Of a stretch of 64,000 nt of DNA, positions 41,252 through 64,000 are shown piece after piece. The DNA lies in the NCBI GenBank assembly GCA_963693365.1, contig CAVNZM010000014.1, positions 5,642,001-5,706,000 of the forward strand. Reading direction: 5' to 3'. The stretch's first letter is position 1, and the number at the start of each line of letters is the position of its first letter. Below the pieces are notes generated by a model, which saw only the letters and a list, made by a program, of their open reading frames with translations, did not search any database and was not told the DNA's origin. The translations under genes were made by a program, and so were the position numbers. This DNA is from Amoebidium appalachense (lineage: Eukaryota > Protista > Ichthyosporea).

Positions 41252-42609
41252 TTAGAGATAAGCCTGCAAAATCGCGTTCTTACAAAAATTAGTATCTAAA
41301 TCTCGACATATGGCCCTGAGTCCTTTTTCACGTCGTACTTCAGCTGACCTACATATACAACGTAACCTACGATTGAATGGATTGGCATGTCTAATTAAAC
41401 TTAGATTGCCCACCACTTCTATTTTTGACACCATTTAGTGGTGTTTCACGAAACTTCCAACACCAAAATTTCACAGCATATCTACCGTCTATCTAACCTC
41501 ACCAGCAAATCATTTAGTTTTTCCCGCTCGAGTACCCTATCTATCCCAGTACACGCAGACATTGAATTTCCCGTTTTCTTGCTCTTTGCGGTTTTTGCCG
41601 GTGACTTTTTGCTCTTTTTGAACGTAGATTGAAACCCGCCATTTTCCGTGCCTGTGGACAATGGTTTTCTTTCGGGCAAATTTTTGCCCGTGAGCGCAGC
41701 AAGGGACCCCATAGGCATGCTGCACGTGCGAGAAAAGAAATTTTGGGCCGTGCAACTGAGGGAGCTTTTTGGTGCGCTTTTTGGCATTTTTGCAAGCGAA
41801 TGTGTGGGCACAAAACACGCAGTTTCAGCTCTCTCGTTTTCCTTGTTGCTGCCCGTTTCGGCATCAGAAAACCTGTCGTTTTTCTTGCTTGGTGTGTCGT
41901 TGGTTTTCAGAGGCGACGCTCCAGACGAAAATTTGTGTAGGCCCAAGAAGCTATCAGCCGAGGCACTTCCGTGCACGGGGTTTTCTCTGCGTTGTTTTTG
42001 TGTCTCAAGTATTTTCTTAGATTTCGGGGTTATTTGCGCTGGTTTTTTGTCGGTCGCACGGCACGGACTGACTCCCAACCTCTCCATTCCCACGTTCCAT
42101 TTTCCGTCCTCCTCCGCTCGGTAGATTTTTTGGGCAAGAAGAAGAACTTCGGGTGATTTGGGCTGGTATTTCCACAGCGGGCGAGGGTTTCGTTGCGAAT
42201 TGGGGGTAGTAATATCATTGGGTGCGCGTGTTTTTGTAGTGCGTGGACTCAAAGGCGCTGAATCTGGCGAGTTTTCTTTGTTTTCGTCGCTTAGATGAAA
42301 CACAGTACCCTTCCTTGCCTCCTTCCCTTTCGCTGAGAGATGTGTGGCGCTAGTTTTTGCTTGAGAATGTTTGGTCACTGAAGATGCGTGCGTGTGTGTT
42401 TGTGGCAGGAGAGAGTGTGAGAAAAAGTGCGTGGATAACTTTTCTTCGCTCCTGGTAAGGCTTGTGCACGATGTGCTTGCCTGCTTGTGAAAGAAGCTAG
42501 TGGAAGGAGAGAGAAATTTGTTTTGAGCTGCTGTGTTCTTTGCGTTTGTGAGACACTCGCCGAATTTTCTCTCCAGAGCGCTCCGACGGCTAGTCAGTGG
42601 TGTACTCAT
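41252..42609 (-). CDS. Uncharacterised basic S/T/P-rich disordered protein with two KEN boxes and a short C-terminal helix
   Basis: Non-repetitive ORF from ATG 42609. A probable intron 41502-41264 (GTGAGG donor, TACTAAT branch, TTTTGCAG acceptor) gives the C-terminus EREKLNDLL|AYL*. Unspliced, the stop is at 41482. Motifs NKENSP and NKENE, and several S/T-P-x-K/R-like sites. TATA at 42761-42770 and CCAAT boxes upstream. Confidence 0.75.
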
Positions 42610-43464
42610 TTTCTGACACTGTTCTTCTCCTCTTAGGTGTGTGTGTGCCGATGTGTAGACTCTCTCAAGCTCTCACTGGTACACTAGAGAACAGACGTCC
42701 CTTTTGTCTTTAAGAAAGTACATGTAATTGGAACTATCACACCGTATAATGCCTAAAATATATTTATATATCTACGAAAATAAAAAGAGGAAACGTACGT
42801 TGAAAAAAGGAAGAAACATGAAGCGAACTGAATTCTGATGCGAAGTGGCGGCCTTTTGTCCCACGAGCAACATTTAAAACGGTCAAGCGTCAAAAACCAA
42901 CATCTGATTGGTGTAGAATGCACCATTGATTAGCCAAATATGGCTTGCACAGACAAAAAACGGTGCGGTGGTTTTATTTGTCCAATCAATTCGCTTCCCG
43001 CCTCTTTTGTTCCATTATGAACGACAAAAAGCGTTTTACGGCTTGGGGCCGGGCGGCGCCGCGCCGCAGGGTGGAAATTGGAACAGTGCACGTGTAAGCA
43101 TTGAGGTCACCGTCGACTTACGGGTGGCGAGAAAAAGTGGGATTATGCCCGAAATGGGACGGAAAAAAGATGCACATCGGTTTAGTTTCCGCCGGTGTGG
43201 GGCTCAAGGAAGTGATCCTCAGTTGGAACTGGTGCATGTGGTGGTACACATGACATAGCAGTAAACTTTGGGATGGTTAACTCGTGCCGGGCTTGATATA
43301 TGCTGCAGGGAGGTGTACAGATGTCGGGAAATCGCCCGATGACTGGTACAATTTTGGGGAACGGCCCGATTGTGGGATTCAGTCAGCACTCTCTCCCTCC
43401 GACTCTCTCTCTGCCTCACTCTCTCCCCCCCCCCCCCGGGCCCCCCTTCGACCCTCCCTCTCTA

Positions 43465-43552
<88 letters not shown>

Positions 43553-43611
43553 CCTCTCCCTCCGACTCTCTCTCTGCCTCACTCTCTCCCCTCTTCCTGG
43601 GCCCCCCTTCG

Positions 43612-43656
<45 letters not shown>

Positions 43657-44476
43657 CGCTCGCTCTCTCGCCGTCTCGCTCTCTCTCTCTCTCGGTCTCT
43701 CTCTCTCTCTCTCATCTCTCTAGCCTCCTCTCCCTCTCCCTCTCCCCTCCCTCCCTCCCCCCCCCCTCCCCCCCACCCCGGCCCTCTCTCGCACTCTCTC
43801 TTGCACCTCTCTTACTTCCACCCCCCTCCCCTCCCCCCTCCGCCCTTCCCCCCCAACCCTCGAATCATCTGCCTGTCTCTCACCCTCCCCCCCCTCCAGC
43901 CCCACATGTTTTTCAAGTCTGCCCCTCATACGAGTAGGCAGGCCCGACCCAGGAGACTAGTAACGCCATAGGACGGAAAAGATAGAAAATTATCACCAGG
44001 AGCTGAACCGGAGACTTTCTGTCAGAAGTTGCAGACTTTTAACCATGAAATGCGTCACATAACTATTTATTGGCGTGTCTTGGGTAGCACAGGGTGAGGA
44101 GCCAGTCTTGTCACCGTCGTTGCAAAGGGTATAACCCAAGCGCTGACATTACTATCATAGTAATCTTTCAGTAGCATGATCAGCAGCTACTCAACTTTTT
44201 TTTTTTACACCCCAGGAGGATCAAATGTAACAGAAAATATGCTATGTACAGAAATTCAAAGGCATGATCACTTACTACAGTTACAGAGAGTCTACAACTT
44301 CGTTTCTACTAAATAGCCACTGAAGCTATTTTAGTAGCCTTTCTAATCATTACTTCTGCCCCTCAGTATACGACACAGATTTCGGCACAGCACGCACATC
44401 ACTGGCTGTCTCTTCAAGGCATGGGTTTGTGTTATGCGACTCGTGTGCGCCAGCGCCAGATTTCTTGCTCCTCCTC

Positions 44477-45232
44477 TTAGATCTCCCCGCCCCACAACGC
44501 ACTCTTGACGCCTGTCAATGAATACATCGACCGTGCCTTATTCAACCGCCGCCCTTCAGGAATATCGCTGAGCAACGTACGGCTTACTTGTTGAGTGCTT
44601 GCATTCAATGCCTCGTTTTCGTTGGTCAGGCGGTCGTTAAGAAGAAGCAGGTCAACGAGTTCCTCGGATACTTTCGTCATCTCTGCACGTGTGTGTGCCA
44701 AGTACGCACGAACCTCCTCTAGGGACATGTTTTCGATCCCGTCCAGACACATGGGCGTGTAAAAGGGACCCTCCTCGACTATATCCGCTCCTGCATCTGC
44801 TTGGCTCGAGCTGGCAGCATATGTTGGGTCCATCTGCAGAGAAAAGGGGACATAATGAAGTCGCTTCTTGATCTTTATCTTTTTCCGTGCACCGGCAGCA
44901 GATGGCGCTTGTTCCATGTGCGAGTGTGAACATGAAACACTCGCGCTGCTCCCACTACCGTACAGGGGTGGCTGCCTTACTTGCCCCTCACCCGCATCTG
45001 CCTGTTCACATCCTTCCGTGTTGGTGGCTGTGTCCTCGGACATCTCGTTGTACTCCGAATCAGAATAGTCATCATCTGTTTCGCTCTCGAGCACAAGAGA
45101 TCCAGAGCTCTGTTTCAGTTTGCGGTCGAGTTTTCTGTAGTGCTCCCACCCACCACTAACTGGGTCTGGTTGGTTGTGTCTGTCAGTGAGGTGGGGCGGG
45201 AGAACGGCCGATGAGCTTAGAACCGCCGTCAT
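44477..45232 (-). CDS. Intronless protein with an acidic disordered N-terminus and a FEZ/SCHIP1-type coiled coil
   Basis: ATG at 45232 (AAAAATGA context). C-terminal IENMSLEEVRAYLAHTRAEMTKVSEELVDLLLLNDRLTNENEAL resembles the FEZ1/UNC-76 (SEELV..L..RDEL) and SCHIP1 (NEELVQLLL.RDEL) coiled coils as recalled. Confidence 0.72.
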   Translation of the reverse strand: MTAVLSSSAVLPPHLTDRHNQPDPVSGGWEHYRKLDRKLKQSSGSLVLESETDDDYSDSEYNEMSEDTATNTEGCEQADAGEGQVRQPPLYGSGSSASVSCSHSHMEQAPSAAGARKKIKIKKRLHYVPFSLQMDPTYAASSSQADAGADIVEEGPFYTPMCLDGIENMSLEEVRAYLAHTRAEMTKVSEELVDLLLLNDRLTNENEALNASTQQVSRTLLSDIPEGRRLNKARSMYSLTGVKSALWGGEI

Positions 45233-46566
45233 TTTTGGCACACGTATTGTCTGTTTGTGTGTTTATGGGTGTGAGCGAGTGTATGCGTATGAAAACGTAG
45301 CGTTGGCCGTTATGGATAAGCTGTTTTAAAAGGGGAAAAAAGTCCCCTAAAGCACCGTGCTAGTTCTTTTCAAAAGGCAACTGTAGTGAATGTATACCCA
45401 GCCGGGGAGTGTTGCATATGAGGTGGATCCACAAAAACTTCTAGAGTCTGCGATTGAAGTCTAGCACCACAAAGGCTGGTGTTTTACCCAATCAACTTCC
45501 CACACCTTTACGAAAGAGTGGAAATGATTGACAATAAATGTATATACTACTGACTCAAAAGACAGTCTCACTCTAAAAACTTCGTTTCGACTTTGTTTTG
45601 CAAAAAGAATTGTTGAGTCCAAGAGTAACGAAACTGTTCGATTGATGATAGTGTCCGGCCATAAGTAGAAGCGTTGGTGTTGAGATCTCGGTTAGAACAA
45701 CTATTGATAAATAACCTACCACAAGGCTTGTAGTGCTTCCATAAATTTTATCACCAATTGTAAAAACATATTCAAGTAAATAGAAATGTGAAAGCCAATC
45801 GAAAGGTGTCAGATGAAAGGGCTGTAATGTCCCCACGTTACACCAATCAGATGAGGCTTGGTAGATTGGCATGCTTATTAGCTGATATTGAACCAATCAC
45901 ATGAGCTTTCTGGTTGTCACGTGTGCCTCTCGTACTGTAACGCTGACTCACTCAAAGCCAAAGTTGGCTGATTATTTTAGAACGGTTTATTTTTTCCCCA
46001 AATCTTTTTGAATATACATTGCAATCAAATAGTTTATGAATCGTGTCTTCAATTATATAAATGCTCGGCTTGGAGCAATCAAAGTTGGGACTCGGTCACG
46101 AGTCGGAGATCTGAGGTGGCTCACATCCATGACTATTCGCCAATCATAGGAGTGAGAGTTTCCATACAATAATCCTATATTCACTAGTATGGATATGGAC
46201 TTGACTATAAACAAATGCAATTTGCACTTCTTCCATGTACAGCATGAGCTAAATACACCGTATGTATTAGGTTATTATTTATGCAGAAAAGAAATAAGCT
46301 AAAACAGTCCAAGACCGAATGCACGCATGACCACATGTCGGACAGGATAGTTCGCGTTGACTGGATATCATTTGGGATTTTGGCCATTTCATCATCTCCC
46401 TGCAACGGTATGCAAGCAGCAGATGATCCCAGTGGGGGTCACTGGCAGGAAACAGAGGCGGCAAGGGGGGGAGGTCCGGGGGGGCCCGGGGAGGGGAGGG
46501 GAGGGGTGGGGTGGGGAGGGAAGGGGAGGGGCTGGGAGGGGCTGGGAGGGGTTGGGGTTGGGGGGG

Positions 46567-46630
<64 letters not shown>

Positions 46631-48778
46631 CTGCATGCTATGGCTGGTGCACGGCTATCTAGGGTGTTTCTAGATGGCCGTGGGCTGGTGGGTTGACGTT
46701 GATTTGAATTGTGTTTGGTGGTATCATAGTTCAGGAGACATGCATGGGCCACTGTGTGTGTTTTGCCAAGGAGGATCGGAGGGAAGAGGGGGGGGGATAT
46801 GGGGCGGGGAGGATGGGGGGGTGCAGGGGGGGGGGGGGGGGGGGGGGGGGGGGTAGGCTAGCTAGCTATGTATGCAGAGGGGCCGGGAAACGTAAATAAC
46901 AGTAAGTACCAGACACCCACGTGTGGCACCACGCTTCAATGGGAAGAGAAGTCCGAAATAAAAGCACACTGCAACTTTAAAAGTTCCAGTGACTCACCCA
47001 AATGCCAGACTGCCGATAATGAAGTTACACACACAGCTCGAAAAACGCACACGATGAAATTCAAAATTCCCGGTACTATGTTTACATAGATGGCGAAGCT
47101 TGTGAGCAGGCCTCTTTGTTTACATGAATACTTCGATGTATGTAGTTAAATCATTCTGCCTAGGGGTATATGCAGAGCAACATGGAGTCCGACGACGATA
47201 GAATCCGGGGGTGAAGCCGGGACAGGGAAATGGGGGAGGAATAGTAACCTATGCATCCTCCTTGTTGAAATTGGTAACGGATGGCCACAAAATGTAACTA
47301 CAGTATATAATATGGCCCGTAGCTCTACAATTAGTAAACCATAAAAAAAGGAGTAAAAAGTTCAACTGCTGTGACCCTCACCCTCACGTACCAGAGACTT
47401 GCACATACATGTGGTGGTGTTTTAGAGTGTGTGTGCTTGTTGTGTGTCTGTAGTGTGCGGCCACATCATCATAACGTTGTGTGTGCCTTGTGTGCATGTA
47501 AGTATGTAACTGTTACACTCATGATGCCGTTTTTGTGACTTTGTAAATGTGCAGTAGAGTGTACAGCTTGTGTTTGTGGTGAAGGGTTTTAAGATCCACG
47601 GTGTCTCCCCCCACCTTCTCCCCCCCCCTCCCCCCCCCTCGCCCCCCCCCCCCCCTCCCATCCCACCCCACCCAACCCCACCCCACCACATGCACACACA
47701 CCTAGACACACAAGTTTTCAAAGCCATGACCCTTGCATTCAACTGAAAAAAGGCTATTCTGCTCTAAGCTTCACGGGATGGGGGGGGAGGGGGAGGGGGT
47801 TACACGCAAAACTTTCCCAACAGTGACTATTTAGTACCCACCACCGCCGGTGCCTCCCCCCCTCCCCCCCCTCCTCCTCCCCCCCAACCTCCCCGAAAGC
47901 CCCCTGCCCACCCACAAAAGTTGCCCACTCCCTCCTCCTTCCCCTCCCCCCCCCCCCCCCTACCCTACCTCCCCCCGCTCCCCTCCCTCCCCTCAACCAA
48001 AAAAAAATCATTACACGTTGATCCTGTCTTCCCTCCCTCCCTCCCTCCCACCCTATCCCCCTTTTTCCATCCCCAGAGCATCCTCCCCCCCTCCTCCTCT
48101 CCCCCCCCTCCCCCCTCCCCGTTCTTCGTGCATATTCCTGTTGGCTTTTTGACCATACGCCTGCTTTCAAACTGCGCATGTACACGGGCTGGAATCGGAA
48201 GGAGAGGGGGGGAAAACCGCATGTTTATTTGTGTGCGACATACTTGGGGTGCAGGATATTTTGACGTGTAATTGTGCAAATCAGGGCACTGAATAAAGGG
48301 GTAAAACTCGGATATCAGACAATAGTGACCTACATCAACGGCAACTGAACACTTCAACGTGAACGAGATGAAAAATAGAAAGAGAGGAGAGGGAAGGGAA
48401 AAAAAAAAAGGAAAAAAAAAACACCTTGAACAACTACCCTGTTTTTCTCCACCATCCATGCTGGCTCGAAATACATCCCGTCTAACCCAAGAAAATGCGC
48501 GTGCAATTTTTTTTTTTTTTTTTGAATATTCACTGATAGGTCAACGGGAAAAAACTAACCAAAAAATCTTGAAAATTCAATTTCGGTCCTAAAAACCACA
48601 CCACACAAAAAAACGAGGCTCTAACCAATTGCAAAAGACACTTAATATTCAGGAAATCATGCCCGAGGTAATATAAAAATTCTCCTTGCCACAATCTCAA
48701 TCTCCACCTATGAACCCCCCCCTCCATTTTTTTGGAGGGGGATAACCATGAAATTTTGCCTCGTTTGATTTGTTTTCC

Positions 48779-63307
<14,529 letters not shown>

Positions 63308-63395
63308 CTAATGTGTTATTGGAGGCATCCAAAAACAAAAATCAACCCCCCCCCCCCCCCAAAAAAAAAAAAAAAAAAAAAATTTGGGCGCAACA

Positions 63396-63495
<100 letters not shown>

Positions 63496-63745
63496 TCCTT
63501 TCCCCTTTCCTCCAGTAGAAAACAGTTAAAAAACTGAAGCAATTTTAAGAAAGGCCGTCCCCGGGCCTTTCCTCATGAAGGTAGTCGACTAAAGGGAACC
63601 ATCAAGTGGTACCGAGGGCATTAGAGTTTGACAAGACGCAAAGAGGCCTCATCAAGAGCACGAAAAGAGCACAAAAGAGTTCAAGAGCACATTGCCGAAA
63701 TAAAAACAAAACCAAAAAAGGAAGTAGTGCAAAAAATAAAGGGGG

Positions 63746-63808
<63 letters not shown>

Positions 63809-64000
63809 GGATAATTAAAGAGCACGAAATACAAGAAAATCGTGAGAGAACCAAAGAAAAGAAAAAGTAGAATAATGTGAAAGAGCACAAAGGAATACAC
63901 GATATTTGTGATAGATTAAAACACACCAAAAAGATGCTGGGGAGCACAAAGGAATACAAAGAGAGTTGAGAGAACCATACATCTTTTGAAACAATAAAGA

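Noticed and set aside
43990-44060. tRNA-like sequence on the minus strand (TGGTTAA...GGTTCAGCTCC)
   Set aside because: No convincing acceptor or anticodon stem. At best a decayed tRNA or SINE relic.
46205-47160. Possible small spliced gene on the minus strand (TAG|GCAG, GG|GTGAGT, TTGCAG|GGAG)
   Set aside because: No frame stays open across the candidate exons and no recognisable protein results. It could be UTR or non-coding.

Overview
Eukaryotic genomic DNA, probably a unicellular opisthokont/holozoan (inferred from LST2-, FEZ/SCHIP1- and PACSIN-like genes). It is intron-rich and saturated with poly-G/poly-C, (CA/TG)n and (CT/AG)n tracts, so almost all long ORFs in the supplied track are repeat read-throughs. 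Exons were rebuilt by hand from splice sites and reading phase. Genes found: (1) a 5'-incomplete TTC4/Cns1 co-chaperone (+, 117-9089) containing a textbook AT-AC U12 minor intron; (2) an intronless secreted or anchored PL14-type polysaccharide lyase (-, 13127-14500) with an inverted, truncated, stop-containing paralog (+, 15651-16255) and a hAT-type MITE between them; (3) an intronless Aa_trans (SLC38/AVT) amino-acid transporter (+, 20509-21927); (4) a 16-exon LST2/ZFYVE28-like gene with no visible FYVE finger (+, 25409-38807), carrying a TTAA-flanked fold-back MITE in an intron; (5) a disordered KEN-box protein (-, 41252-42609); (6) a FEZ/SCHIP1-type coiled-coil protein (-, 44477-45232); (7) a large spliced PACSIN-like F-BAR gene (-, about 48779-63307). 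In gene 7 the usual SH3 domain is replaced by a roughly 175-aa beta-rich domain that by eye resembles the single jelly-roll S domain of small-virus capsid proteins. This is the most intriguing candidate for an undescribed system, but it needs profile or structure confirmation. All family assignments are by recalled motifs, not database searches.
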